Source: Anaerolineae bacterium | GTDB lineage: Bacteria; Desulfobacterota; Desulfobacteria; Desulfobacterales; ETH-SRB1 | Assembly (NCBI GenBank): GCA_035529315.1 | Contig: DATKWZ010000016.1 | Coordinates: forward strand, 88,464-152,463 | Direction: 5' to 3' | Length of the DNA stretch: 64,000 bases | Part shown: positions 1-9,951 of the stretch, piece by piece | Numbering within the stretch: the stretch's first letter is position 1 | How the letters are laid out: every line of letters begins with the position of its first letter | Notes under the pieces: generated by a model | Told to the model about the DNA's origin: nothing | Database searches by the model: none | Seen by the model: only the letters and a program-made list of their open reading frames with translations | Position numbers and translations under genes: made by a program

Positions 1-1192
1 GCTTGGTAAGATTTGTTGCTTTCTTAAATTTTACACCTCTTTTAAGTTCCAGACCAGCCTCTTCCATTAATGCACCCGGCAATGTAAAATGAACCGCAAC
101 GCCCCCTTCCTCTCCGGGCAGAGGAGACTCAACCCAGATTCTTCCTTTATGTGATTCTATGACCAGCTTGCAAAAGGCAAGGCCAAGGCCATGGCCTTGC
201 CTTATCGTTCCTCTGTTTGGAGCCTGTTTGAATCTTTCAAAGATCATTTTATGGTATTTTTCCGGGATAGGGCTGCACTGGTTGGAAACAGTTAATTCCA
301 CATACTGAACAGGGCCTTTTGTTTCCTCTTTTTTCTTTGTGACTGCGATATCGATTTCGGTTCCAGTCTGGGAAGATTCAATGGCGTTACCTATAAGATT
401 TACCAATACCCGCAGTAGTAAGCCGCTGTCTCCACGGACAAGGACAGGATCGGATTTTTGCAGATCAAATCTTAGATTCTTTGATTCCATCTCTGTCTCA
501 AAGAGCCCTGAAGCCTTCTTTATCAGGTCGATAAGATTGACAGGATTAAAATCCATGTTGCTCACGGTTGATTTAAAGCATGTTATGTCCTGAGCTTTTT
601 CAAGCATTTTGCTTGAGCTTTTAAGGATATATAAGGCTTTTCTCATATAGTTCTTGGCGCTTGCGGATTCATCAAGCTCCGTCATAGCCAGTTCGAGATT
701 ACCTGAAATAGCCATATTCAAATTGGTTAAATCGTGAATGATCATGCTCGTAAAGTCTTTATTACGAGCCAATCTCTGCCTGGAATTGTCTAAAGTTTTT
801 TTCATCTTGATAAATACCTTTACGTAGGCACGGATTAAACCCTGATTAAAAGGCTTGACTATAAATCCCTCTGCCCCAGACTCAATCCCCATTTCATGAG
901 AATAAGGATCTGAAAGAGCGGTAGTAAAAATAACAGGAATATCACAGGTAGCCTTGTCGTTTTTTAATATCTTGCAAACATCAAATCCTGAAATCCCCGG
1001 CATCATGATATCGAGAATAACCAGATCCGGCTTGATATCTTTGACCAATTTCAATGCTTTTTCGCCGCCGGCAACGTAATGTATCTGATAATTATCGGGT
1101 TGGAGATATCCTTCCAAAATAATATGGGAAACAGGATCGTCGTCTACAATTAGAATTTTAGGCTGATTATCCGTATTATCTATATTAATCAT
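1..1192 (-). CDS. hybrid response regulator / histidine kinase (REC + H-box + HATPase_c); 3' end runs off the left window edge
   Basis: Absent from the ORF track because the frame is open to position 1. My reverse translation from the ATG at 1192-1190 gives MINIDNTDNQPKILIVDDDPVSHIILEGYL...DLVILDIMMPGISGFDVC (receiver domain). It continues with ...SMIIHDLTNLNMAISGNLELA (H-box-like) and ...LRVLVNLIGNAIESS...GHGLGLAFCKLVIESHKGRIWVES (N and G boxes). No stop codon down to nt 1. Confidence 0.8.
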   Translation of the reverse strand, partial: MINIDNTDNQPKILIVDDDPVSHIILEGYLQPDNYQIHYVAGGEKALKLVKDIKPDLVILDIMMPGISGFDVCKILKNDKATCDIPVIFTTALSDPYSHEMGIESGAEGFIVKPFNQGLIRAYVKVFIKMKKTLDNSRQRLARNKDFTSMIIHDLTNLNMAISGNLELAMTELDESASAKNYMRKALYILKSSSKMLEKAQDITCFKSTVSNMDFNPVNLIDLIKKASGLFETEMESKNLRFDLQKSDPVLVRGDSGLLLRVLVNLIGNAIESSQTGTEIDIAVTKKKEETKGPVQYVELTVSNQCSPIPEKYHKMIFERFKQAPNRGTIRQGHGLGLAFCKLVIESHKGRIWVESPLPGEEGGVAVHFTLPGALMEEAGLELKRGVKFKKATNLTK

Positions 1193-1261
1193 TGGGCCAT
1201 CTCCTTTCCTGGTGTTGGTCGAACAACAAAAAACCTGTATTGGGGTTTTATCTTTGTAAAT

Positions 1262-1278
1262 AGCAACTATCATGCCGG
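1262..1278 (-). promoter_or_regulatory. sigma54 (-24/-12) promoter for the REC-HK gene
   Basis: The minus strand reads cGGCATgatagTTGCta. This matches TGGCAC-N5-TTGC with exact GG-to-GC spacing (GG at 1276-1275, GC at 1264-1263). It lies ~70 nt upstream of the ATG at 1192, and sigma54 activator genes are immediately upstream. Confidence 0.6.
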
Positions 1279-1624
1279 CGGCGCTAATCTACAAAAATTC
1301 TTGGAATATCAACAGGTTATATCTCACTTAGGTTGGTCTTGAAAGAGTAGGCTCTTTTCGCCCATAAAAAAAGGGGATAGTGTTCAAAACACATCACACA
1401 TGATAGATGTTCTGTGGCGATCTGACTGGATAACAACTTGATATTAAATTATAAAAGTTGAAATGCAGGGGTGTTCAATAATCGACATGGGCTAAGCGAT
1501 TAATGATTAGTGGAGCCAAAGCATGGAAGATGCTGAATGGGTAGATTAATGGATTATTAGGATGGATAGAATATTTGAATAATATGCGGAAACCTGTGAA
1601 TAAGGAATTTATCTTGCGATTCAT

Positions 1625-1849
1625 TCAGAGGGGGACAGGCATAGCAGGCCTTTTGATATTGTATTTTTTTATTTTGCTGTACAATGTGCCGCGAGCAATT
1701 TCAAGCTTCATCGCCGCTTTTTTCAGGTTCCAGTTTGTTTCTTCCAGGACCCTGTGAATCAAGGTCGCCTCTGCTTTGGGAAGAGAATGGTCAATCAGGT
1801 CGAGGAGGATCTCATCCTTTGCTGTCTCTGTTGCGAAGTGATCTGACAT
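1625..1849 (-). CDS. stand-alone Fis-type HTH (HTH_8) DNA-binding protein, 74 aa
   Basis: LPKAEATLIHRVLEETNWNLKKAAMKLEIARGTLYSKIKKYNI is a close paralogue of the C-terminus of the neighbouring NtrC-like protein (LPRAESTLIRRVLEETNWNLKQAAKELDIARGTLYSKMKKYGI). It has its own SD (aaaGGAGcttttttt-ATG). Confidence 0.7.
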   Translation of the reverse strand: MSDHFATETAKDEILLDLIDHSLPKAEATLIHRVLEETNWNLKKAAMKLEIARGTLYSKIKKYNIKRPAMPVPL

Positions 1850-2015
1850 AAAAAAAGCTCCTTTAAAGCCGATAAATTCAAGAAAAACACCACTCCTTGT
1901 CGATGGCTCCGAATGCGGGGAGGGGCTGATAGTGGAATGTCCATTGTCTTTCTTTGATAAACAGGATGCAATTCAGATGCCAAATCAGGCTGTGGGGGTT
2001 AAGGGAAACAGATCC

Positions 2016-3386
2016 TTAAGGTTTATCTATCCCGTATTTCTTCATCTTGCTGTACAGAGTTCCCCTGGCGATATCCAATTCCTTAGCTGCCTGCTTCAGA
2101 TTCCAGTTTGTTTCCTCCAGGACTCTACGGATCAGTGTCGATTCTGCGCGGGGAAGCGACCTTGAAGAGAGTCTGAGTCCAAAAACCTTTGCTTGAGAAC
2201 CTTTTTTAATATCTTCCGGCAGGCTATCTGGAATGATCTCACTTCCTTTACAAAAAATAACAGCTCGCTCAATAACATTTGACAACTCCCTGACATTGCC
2301 GGGCCAATTGTGTTCAGTCAACATTCTCATAGCTGCTCCGGATATACGGATAATCTTCTTTTTTGTTTCCGTGCAATATTTTTTCATAAAGAAACTTGCC
2401 AGCAGAGGTATATCGGATTTTCTTTCCCGAAGCGGGGGGATGTGAATGGAAACCACATCAATCCGGTAAAACAGGTCTTCCCTGAAAAGATTTTCCTTAA
2501 CCTTTTCGGAGAGATCTTTGTTGGTTGCGCAAACAACCCTGATGTCCACCTTAACGGTCCTGGTGCCGCCTACACGCTGAAATTCTTTTAATTCAAGGAC
2601 ACGCAAAAGGGATGTCTGTGTCGGCAGCGGGATATCGCCGATCTCGTCCAGGAAAATAGTCCCTCCGTCGGCAAGTTCAAAATGCCCTTTTTTTTGAGAT
2701 GTTGCGCCTGTAAAGGCCCCCTTCTCATGACCAAACAGTTCACTGTTGATAAGTGTCTCGGTAATTGCCGCGCAGTTCACCGCAATCAAGCTATTCTCTC
2801 TTCGAAGACTGCAATGGTGTATTGCTTCAGCAACCAGCTCCTTGCCTGTCCCACTTTCTCCGGTGATTAAGACTGTAGCGTTGGTTTTAGCTACATCTGT
2901 AATCATCTGGAATACCCTGTACATTTTGGGATCCCGTCCTATGATATTTTTAAAGCAATACCCTTTTTTCAGCTCCTTTTCTGAAAAAATATTTTCCTGC
3001 AAAATCCTTTTATGGTTAATAATCTTTTTAAAGACCAGCTTAACCACATCAAAGTCAAACGGCTTTAAAATATAGTCATAAGCACCTAACTTCATGGCCT
3101 GAACCGCATTATCTATTGAGCCGTAACCGGTTACAACAAACACAAAGATGTCCGGATAGCGCTCTCTGATTTCTTTTAGCAGGCTCAGCCCATCCATGCC
3201 CGGCATCAGGACGTCGGTAATAACAATTTCTGCGGGAAAGGTTTTAAGCTTTTTTAAAGCCTCCATACCGTCAGAGGCGGTTTCGATCAAAAGTGCTTCC
3301 TCTCTCCTCATGGACCGGCAAAAACTCTCCCGATAACCTTTTTCATCATCAACAAAAAGTAATTTGGTTTTTGGTATCATAGGCAT
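2016..3386 (-). CDS. sigma54-dependent response regulator (NtrC family: REC + AAA+ + Fis HTH)
   Basis: Receiver domain KLLFVDDE...VITDVLMPGMDG. Walker A GESGTGKE. The GAFTGA loop is seen in HEKGAFTGA. C-terminal Fis HTH. The track ORF starts at GTG 3434; ATG 3386 (MPMIPKTKLLFVDD) is the more plausible start. Confidence 0.92.
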   Translation of the reverse strand: MPMIPKTKLLFVDDEKGYRESFCRSMRREEALLIETASDGMEALKKLKTFPAEIVITDVLMPGMDGLSLLKEIRERYPDIFVFVVTGYGSIDNAVQAMKLGAYDYILKPFDFDVVKLVFKKIINHKRILQENIFSEKELKKGYCFKNIIGRDPKMYRVFQMITDVAKTNATVLITGESGTGKELVAEAIHHCSLRRENSLIAVNCAAITETLINSELFGHEKGAFTGATSQKKGHFELADGGTIFLDEIGDIPLPTQTSLLRVLELKEFQRVGGTRTVKVDIRVVCATNKDLSEKVKENLFREDLFYRIDVVSIHIPPLRERKSDIPLLASFFMKKYCTETKKKIIRISGAAMRMLTEHNWPGNVRELSNVIERAVIFCKGSEIIPDSLPEDIKKGSQAKVFGLRLSSRSLPRAESTLIRRVLEETNWNLKQAAKELDIARGTLYSKMKKYGIDKP

Positions 3387-3608
3387 AAGTGGTTCTTTAA
3401 GGCTACGGTTAAATTTTAACAGATAATATAGCACAAAATAGATGTTATATCAAGTAAAAACAATTGGATAAGTCAAATTATTAGAGGTTAACAGCGAATT
3501 TTCGAGGTCTTTTTTATCAATAAAATTTGTTTTCTACACTTAAAAGCATAAAACTAAATTTTAATCAAAATTGTGGAGTTTTACGAAGGTCTCTTTTGGT
3601 CGATTCTG

Positions 3609-3686
3609 GTCATTGCGAAGAGCAAGGCGGCGCGGTGATCTCGTGGCTTATGTGTTATGAGATTGCTTCGCTTTGCTCGCAATGAC
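3609..3686. repeat. inverted-repeat element (gtcattgcgaAgagcaaGgcg ... cgctttgctcgcaatgac)
   Basis: The two arms at 3609-3629 and 3669-3686 are reverse complements apart from one indel. The spurious ORF 3657-4082 starts inside it (MRLLRFARNDV...). Confidence 0.7.
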
Positions 3687-3733
3687 GTGTTTTTTGACTT
3701 TTTACGAGCTTGTCAATACTATCCACGAGATAA

Positions 3734-4369
3734 TTATAGAAAAGATGATGCATTCCCCTGCATTATTTCAAAGTCATTCTCGGTCAAACCAGCGCCGCAA
3801 ACAATGCGTTGCGCCATGCTTTTATCGATCAAATCACCAGGATCATGCGCGTCGGTATTAATTACAAGCTTTGCGCCGATTTTACCGGCAAGCTTTGCAA
3901 CATGTCCATTGGTTAGAGAATGCCCCTTACGTGCCGATATCTCCAAAAAAATCCCCTTTTCTTTTGCTGTTAAAACATCTTCTTCGCTAATCATTCCCGG
4001 ATGCGCAAGTATATCTATATCTGCTTCCAGAGCAGCCCTGTTGGTGCCGGCAGCGACCGGTTCGACAATTGTTTCGCCATGAACGATGATGATCTTGGCG
4101 CCCAGAGAACGCGCCTTTCTGACATTGTTAGCTATCAAGGAAGGGTGAACATGTGTGATTTCTATGCCTGGGATAACCTTTATCTTTAGAACTCTATTTA
4201 GCTCTTCCGCTATTGCGACTATCCTGGGAATTATAAAATCGAGATTGGACAAATCACCATGGTCGGTAATCCCGATCCCTTTTAGCCCCGCAAATTCGGC
4301 GCGCCTGACAAGCTCGGACGGGATCAAAGCCCCATCACTAAAAATTGAATGTGTATGAAGATCAATCAT
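3734..4369 (-). CDS. PHP-domain metal-dependent phosphoesterase
   Basis: N-terminus MIDLHTHSIFSDGALIPSELV. Later motifs ITDHGD and NTDAHDPGD are typical of the PHP (polymerase/histidinol phosphatase) fold. Confidence 0.8.
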   Translation of the reverse strand: MIDLHTHSIFSDGALIPSELVRRAEFAGLKGIGITDHGDLSNLDFIIPRIVAIAEELNRVLKIKVIPGIEITHVHPSLIANNVRKARSLGAKIIIVHGETIVEPVAAGTNRAALEADIDILAHPGMISEEDVLTAKEKGIFLEISARKGHSLTNGHVAKLAGKIGAKLVINTDAHDPGDLIDKSMAQRIVCGAGLTENDFEIMQGNASSFL

Positions 4370-4438
4370 AGATTATTTATATCCTCTTAATCCTGTAATC
4401 CTTTCAGCCTTTTGCCCTTAACACTTAACACCTGTTAC

Positions 4439-4942
4439 CTATATCTTATATTTGCCGAAATCTTCTGAAGAAAGTTGTTCAAGATATTCCGCCCATTTTT
4501 TTCCTTCTTTGCTTTTGTCCACAGCTTCTGCCTTAACATCTCCATGCTTTGATTTAGCAATAACCTCATCATCAACATAAATAGGAGCGCTAAACCTCAG
4601 AGCAATGGCTATTGCATCGCTCGGACGGGCATCCATGCTGAAATTTTTCTCTTTGGAGATAAAATATATTCGGGCATAAAAGGTATTGTCCTTTAAATCA
4701 CATACCTCAACCTTTAACACATCAATATCAAGCATAGTGGTAAAATTCTTGAAAAGATCGTGTGTCATGGGACGATCGAACTTTATATTCTGAATGCTCG
4801 AAGCTATGGATGTTGCTTCGAGTAATCCAATCCATATTGGAATGGTCTGACCGTCCTCCTCTGATTTTAAAATAATAATCGGGTTGTTGGACGCAGGATC
4901 CATGGTCAAACCGGCTATGCTCACCCTGTGCAGCATAAGCAT
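4439..4942 (-). CDS. bifunctional nuclease (BFN/DUF151) family protein
   Basis: DPASNNPIIILKSEEDGQTIPIWIGLLEATSIA...RPMTHDLF matches the conserved BFN-domain core. Confidence 0.75.
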   Translation of the reverse strand: MLMLHRVSIAGLTMDPASNNPIIILKSEEDGQTIPIWIGLLEATSIASSIQNIKFDRPMTHDLFKNFTTMLDIDVLKVEVCDLKDNTFYARIYFISKEKNFSMDARPSDAIAIALRFSAPIYVDDEVIAKSKHGDVKAEAVDKSKEGKKWAEYLEQLSSEDFGKYKI

Positions 4943-4964
4943 TTTTCTCCTTTCAAACCAGTAG

Positions 4965-6332
4965 TTATTTCATTCTTACCCCTTGAAGAGAATGGGCTAA
5001 TGCTTTTTCAATCCTTACATTAATTATCTTTCCTGAAAAATTTTCATCATGTACCGAAATATCATTGCTTGAGATAAAGTTTACGATTTTGTTTGTTGAT
5101 GTCCTTCCCGTCCATTGGGCATGCTTGTTTTTTTCGTCGGTTTGAAGCTGCTTTTTGCTCAACCCTTCTACAAGTACCGGTTGTGTCGATCCTGCCAAAG
5201 CTTTGTTCTTTTTTTTCGTACAATACTCCTGTGATTTCAACAATTCCATCAACCTGTCCTTTTTATCCTGTTCAGATATCTTGTGGCGAAAAAGAGCTGA
5301 AGGAACCTTTGAACGATCGGAATACTTAAACGCAAATATATCATCATATTGCACTGTTTTGATCAGGCCCAGCGTTTCATTAAAATCATCCTCGGTCTCC
5401 CCTGGAAAACCTACAATAAAATCAGAGGTAATAGCTATGTCAGGACAAATATTTCGCAGTTTATCCACCTTTGCAAGATAATAATCTCTGGCATATTTCC
5501 GGTTCATCCTTTTTAATATCCTGTCCGATCCCGACTGTACAGGCAAATGTATATGCCTGCATAATTTATCAAGGTTTTTAAAGGCATAAATTAAATCATC
5601 TGAAAGATCCTTTGGGTGTGAAGTGGTAAATCTGATTCTTAAAAGACCGTCAATTTCATTAATAAGAGAAAGAAGTTCTGGAAATGAGCACGATTCCTCC
5701 TTTTTACCAAAACTGTTTACGTTCTGGCCAAGGAGGGTAACCTCTTTTATGCCGGATTCAACAAGGCTGCGGATCTCACTAATTATTTTTTCAGGTCTCC
5801 TGCTTGCCTCCCTGCCCCTTACAAATGGAACCACACAGTATGTGCAATAATTATCACACCCTTGCATTATAGTTACAAAACTCGTAACCTTGTCCTTATC
5901 ATTTGTGACAGCGCTAAAAACAGATTCGTCTATTAGCTCCGGCATCTCAACATCCACAATACGGCATTTTTTAGCCTCTATCCGTTCGATCATGCCCGGC
6001 AGACGGCCGATAGCATGGGTCCCGAAAACAAGGTCAAGATACGGCACACGTTCCAGCATCTTAGCCCCTTCCTGTTGTGCCATACATCCGCCAACTCCTA
6101 AAATAAGATTCGGCTTTTTTCTTTTAAGATGCGCAACACGCCCTAAAAAGCTGAATACTTTCTGCTCCGCCTTTTCCCTTATAGCGCATGTATTTGCAAT
6201 AATCAGATCAGCCTTCTCAGGAGATGAGGTCATGTTATATCGCAGCGGTTTTAATACTCTTGAAATCTGTTCGGAGTCGTAAACATTCATCTGACATCCG
6301 ATAGTATTAATGTATAAGTATTTAGTGTTCAT
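4965..6332 (-). CDS. miaB: tRNA-i6A37 methylthiotransferase MiaB (radical SAM)
   Basis: N-terminal MTTase domain YINTIGCQMNVYDSE. Radical-SAM cluster motif CDNYCTYCVVPFVRGRE. C-terminal TRAM-like region. Confidence 0.93.
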   Translation of the reverse strand: MNTKYLYINTIGCQMNVYDSEQISRVLKPLRYNMTSSPEKADLIIANTCAIREKAEQKVFSFLGRVAHLKRKKPNLILGVGGCMAQQEGAKMLERVPYLDLVFGTHAIGRLPGMIERIEAKKCRIVDVEMPELIDESVFSAVTNDKDKVTSFVTIMQGCDNYCTYCVVPFVRGREASRRPEKIISEIRSLVESGIKEVTLLGQNVNSFGKKEESCSFPELLSLINEIDGLLRIRFTTSHPKDLSDDLIYAFKNLDKLCRHIHLPVQSGSDRILKRMNRKYARDYYLAKVDKLRNICPDIAITSDFIVGFPGETEDDFNETLGLIKTVQYDDIFAFKYSDRSKVPSALFRHKISEQDKKDRLMELLKSQEYCTKKKNKALAGSTQPVLVEGLSKKQLQTDEKNKHAQWTGRTSTNKIVNFISSNDISVHDENFSGKIINVRIEKALAHSLQGVRMK

Positions 6333-6760
6333 TAATCCTTTTCAGATATCTGCCTATGAATAGTGATCCTTTTTATATCCTGCATCTCTATCCTGATATC
6401 TGCAAATGAAGATACGCCATAGCAGGGCTTGGTCTTGTCCACAATAAGCTCGATAACCTTCCCGTCTTTTAAATTCACCTTTGCCTTAACATCCTTATCC
6501 TGTAATAGAAAAAAAACAGAGTTTATCTTGTCAAAGCCTATAGATATTTCAACCTTGCCTAGTTTACCTATAAGACAGGTCAGCCCGTCACAGGAAAATT
6601 TCTCAAGCTCAATTGACACGTCAGACTGGTCTATAAGAGTTACCGCATAGTTTTCTTCAGGCTCAGGCACTGTTATAGCGTCCCCTTGTCCCATACCTCC
6701 CAGTCCAAGCGTACAAAAAGATATTATCACCACGAGGCTAAAATAGAATCCTTTTTTCAT
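6332..6760 (-). CDS. exported hypothetical protein (N-terminal signal peptide)
   Basis: MKKGFYFSLVVIISFCTLGLGG is a hydrophobic leader. It overlaps the miaB start by 1 nt and the DUF4911 stop by 4 nt (operon). Confidence 0.6.
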   Translation of the reverse strand: MKKGFYFSLVVIISFCTLGLGGMGQGDAITVPEPEENYAVTLIDQSDVSIELEKFSCDGLTCLIGKLGKVEISIGFDKINSVFFLLQDKDVKAKVNLKDGKVIELIVDKTKPCYGVSSFADIRIEMQDIKRITIHRQISEKD

Positions 6761-6996
6761 GACACCTCCCTTGATTTATCGAAATTCGCAACCGGCTCTA
6801 TCATAATCTCTTTTTTAAGATCCTGCAAAATCATCTCAACATCCTCTTCACATCCGTAAGAAATATTAAAAACCACAAAACCTGAACCAGGATCGATTGT
6901 TGTTAATATTGCGATGCCGTCATAAGCCTCAAAAATAAATCTTAAAAAGCAGATTTTTCTACGATCAACACGATAATATTTCTGTATTGTTTGCAA
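6757..6996 (-). CDS. DUF4911 domain protein
   Basis: YYRVDRRKICFLRFIFEAYDGIAILTTID resembles the DUF4911 signature, which is commonly found next to miaB. Recalled family knowledge, not searched. Confidence 0.6.
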   Translation of the reverse strand: MQTIQKYYRVDRRKICFLRFIFEAYDGIAILTTIDPGSGFVVFNISYGCEEDVEMILQDLKKEIMIEPVANFDKSREVS

Positions 6997-7230
6997 GGTA
7001 AATCCAATACAATAAGAGCCAAGATAAATTTTAAAAGTAAAATATTATTTCTTAAGCTTCGACAACAACACCAATAACAAACCACTTACGAGTTCAGTAA
7101 GTTATATATTCTTAATAGAAATCAAGGGTGCGGAACTTGAGTACTGATTACCATCATACGAATTAATTTATCAATAAAAAAGTCTTAATGGCTTGTTCAA
7201 ATTATTGATATCGGATATATAATCCTTCTC

Positions 7231-8961
7231 ATGAAAAAATGTTGGCAGCTTTTACAACCAGATATTGATGTGGTCGAAAAAATCCGCGGGGAGTTGCAAT
7301 GCAATCATGTTACAGCAACTATTCTGGTAAATCGTAAAATTATTTCAAAAGATAATGCCCTGCGCTTCCTGAAACCTTCTCTTAACGATATGCGGCCTCC
7401 ATTCTCAATGAAAGATATGGATGCTGCTGTAAAGCGTATCTATTCAGCCATAACAGATCATGAAAAAATATTAATCTTCGGCGACTACGATGTTGATGGA
7501 ATCACCGCAACAACAATCCTTTTCGAGTTTTTAAATTATACCAAAGCAGATGTTTCATATTATATCCCACATAGAACCAAAGAAGGATACGGTCTTCACA
7601 CAAAACATATAACAGATTACGCGATACCAAATAGAATAAACCTGATAATCACCGTTGACTGCGGCTCAAGCAGCAACAATGCCGTAAAAACAGCTCAAAA
7701 TTCCGGAATTGATGTAATAGTTACAGATCACCACGAAATATCCGACAAACCATCCCATGCCATTGCCGTACTAAATCCAAAGCGTGATGATTGCTCATCC
7801 GATTTTCACATACTTGCGGGTGTCGGAGTGGCTTTTTATCTTCTGATCTGCCTCCGAAAACACCTGCGCGATAATCATTTCTGGCAAAACAGGCAGGAAC
7901 TCAACCTTAAAAATCTTTGCGATCTTGTAGCTCTTGGAACCGTGGCCGACATGGTCCCCCTTATAGATGAAAACCGCATATTGGTAAAAACAGGGCTTGA
8001 AATAATAAATACAGGCGATCGATGCGGCATAAAAACCTTGATAGAATCCAGTGGAACAAAAAATAATTCCGTGGATACGGAAGATATCGCCTTCAGGCTG
8101 GCGCCAAGGTTAAATGCCGCGGGCAGGATCAATCATGCTTCAACTGCCGTTGAGCTCCTGACTGCGAACAACCTTAAAACCGCCAAACAACTTGCCCTGT
8201 CACTTAACAGCATGAACATTAAAAGGCATGACATTGAACAAAAGATAATGGAGGATATCTTCGAATATTTAGAAAACAATCAATACCTGCTCAAAAACAG
8301 CTCACTGGTCTTATCAGATAATAAATCAGGTAACATGTGGCATGAAGGAGTTCTGGGTATAGTTGCATCCAGGATGGTAAAAAAATACTTCCGGCCGGTA
8401 GCCCTTATTGCGATAAAGGACGGGATCGGCAAAGGATCGGCCAGAAGCATACCTGGATTTAATATCTATAAAGGGCTTATGTCATGCTCTGATCTTCTTG
8501 AAGCCTTTGGCGGCCATTCAATGGCGGCAGGTCTGAAAATAAAGGCCGAGAATATGGATGCATTTCAAAAAAACTTTGAAAACGCTGTTCAACAGATGAC
8601 CTCGCCGGATAATTTTGTGCAGACAATTTCCATTGATTATGAACTCAATTTTGACGACATTTCAGAAGCCTTAATCAATGAACTTGAAACCTTAAAACCT
8701 TTTGGCACAGGCAACCATGAACCTCTCTTTATGGCCAAAAATGTCAGGGTGATGGATTCAAAAATCGTTGGTAAAAACCACAGACGCATGCTTTTAAAGC
8801 AGCCTGATTCCAGGACGGGTAATTCCTTTAATGCCATCTGTTTTAATGTAGATACAAGCAAAAACCTGCAGGAAAATTTCGATCAGATCGCATTCAAACT
8901 GCAATGGAACCACTGGAACGGCGGGAAAACAGCTCAAATTGTTATCAAACATATTCTATGA
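7231..8961 (+). CDS. recJ: single-stranded-DNA-specific exonuclease RecJ
   Basis: DHH motifs ILIFGDYDVDGITA, TVDCGS and VTDHH. DHHA1-type GGHSMAAG. Confidence 0.95.
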   Translation: MKKCWQLLQPDIDVVEKIRGELQCNHVTATILVNRKIISKDNALRFLKPSLNDMRPPFSMKDMDAAVKRIYSAITDHEKILIFGDYDVDGITATTILFEFLNYTKADVSYYIPHRTKEGYGLHTKHITDYAIPNRINLIITVDCGSSSNNAVKTAQNSGIDVIVTDHHEISDKPSHAIAVLNPKRDDCSSDFHILAGVGVAFYLLICLRKHLRDNHFWQNRQELNLKNLCDLVALGTVADMVPLIDENRILVKTGLEIINTGDRCGIKTLIESSGTKNNSVDTEDIAFRLAPRLNAAGRINHASTAVELLTANNLKTAKQLALSLNSMNIKRHDIEQKIMEDIFEYLENNQYLLKNSSLVLSDNKSGNMWHEGVLGIVASRMVKKYFRPVALIAIKDGIGKGSARSIPGFNIYKGLMSCSDLLEAFGGHSMAAGLKIKAENMDAFQKNFENAVQQMTSPDNFVQTISIDYELNFDDISEALINELETLKPFGTGNHEPLFMAKNVRVMDSKIVGKNHRRMLLKQPDSRTGNSFNAICFNVDTSKNLQENFDQIAFKLQWNHWNGGKTAQIVIKHIL

Positions 8962-9951
8962 AACCCTTGAAAACACATCATCATTCATGCCTGATACCTT
9001 TCCGTCTTTTAAATAATGGTAACCGATTGCGGCAATCATTGCCGCATTGTCGCCACAAAGATCTAAAGATGGTATATGAGCTGTAATGCCTCTTTTGCCG
9101 GCATCCTGTTTTACCCTTTCTCTTAACCTGCTGTTTGCCGCCACACCCCCAACCAGAGCGATATGATCGCAGCTCTTTTCCAGCGCGGCGTTAATAACCT
9201 TATATGATAAAACATCAATGACCGATTCCTGAAATCCTGCCGCAATATCAGGAATCTGCTGTTTATAGGTGTCTTTATGAATCTTCACATACCGGCTTAC
9301 GGCTGTCTTAATCCCGCTGAAGCTAAAATCAAATTCAGACTTATCCAGATATGTCCGGGGAAAATCAATCTTCCCCGGATCCCCGTCTTTAGCAAGTCTC
9401 TCAATAACTATTCCTCCGGGATAGCCAAGACCGAGCAGTTTGGCGACCTTGTCAAATGCCTCTCCGGCAGCATCATCCCTGGTTTGCCCCATCAGCTCAA
9501 TTCCGGCATGGGAAACAACATGGACAATGCTTGTGTGGCCGCCTGATGCCAGCAGCGCCACAAAAGGAAAAGGAGGTGGGTCAGGCTCTAAAAAGACCGA
9601 ATTAATATGTCCATCAAGGTGATTTACACCCACCCATGGAATATCAAGGGCAAAAGCATATGCCTTTGCAAAGGAAAAACCGACAAGCAATGATCCAATC
9701 AACCCTGGACCCTGTGTCACGGCAATAGCATCAAGCTGTTTTAAATCAGCGCCGGACCTGCTTATTGCTTCGTTGACTACCGGAACAATAGCTTCAATAT
9801 GTTTCCTTGAAGCAAGTTCAGGCACGACTCCGCCGTATGGATGATGGATGTCTATTTGAGATGACACAACAGAGGATAAAATTTTTGTGCCGTCAACCAC
9901 AACTGCCGCGGCTGTGTCATCACATGAGGTTTCAATGCCGAGTATTATCAT
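8956..9951 (-). CDS. tsaD: tRNA N6-adenosine threonylcarbamoyltransferase TsaD
   Basis: MIILGIETSCDDTAAAV..., HIEA, GVNHLDGH and GGVAANSRLR are Kae1/TsaD hallmarks. The track start at 9960 is a TTG; ATG 9951 is chosen here. Confidence 0.93.
   Translation of the reverse strand: MIILGIETSCDDTAAAVVVDGTKILSSVVSSQIDIHHPYGGVVPELASRKHIEAIVPVVNEAISRSGADLKQLDAIAVTQGPGLIGSLLVGFSFAKAYAFALDIPWVGVNHLDGHINSVFLEPDPPPFPFVALLASGGHTSIVHVVSHAGIELMGQTRDDAAGEAFDKVAKLLGLGYPGGIVIERLAKDGDPGKIDFPRTYLDKSEFDFSFSGIKTAVSRYVKIHKDTYKQQIPDIAAGFQESVIDVLSYKVINAALEKSCDHIALVGGVAANSRLRERVKQDAGKRGITAHIPSLDLCGDNAAMIAAIGYHYLKDGKVSGMNDDVFSRVS

Noticed and set aside
3657-4082. 141-aa plus-strand ORF starting MRLLRFARNDVFFDFLRACQ
   Set aside because: It starts inside the palindromic repeat and the TTGACTTTTTACGA motif, then runs antisense through the well-supported PHP gene. 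This is the classic repeat-derived artefact ORF.
7184-7195. The exact 12-mer cttaatggcttg shared between the recJ upstream region (7184-7195) and the island non-coding segment (45745-45756)
   Set aside because: There are only two copies, no extended similarity beyond ~15 nt, and no obvious structure. I cannot distinguish this from chance without a genome-wide count.
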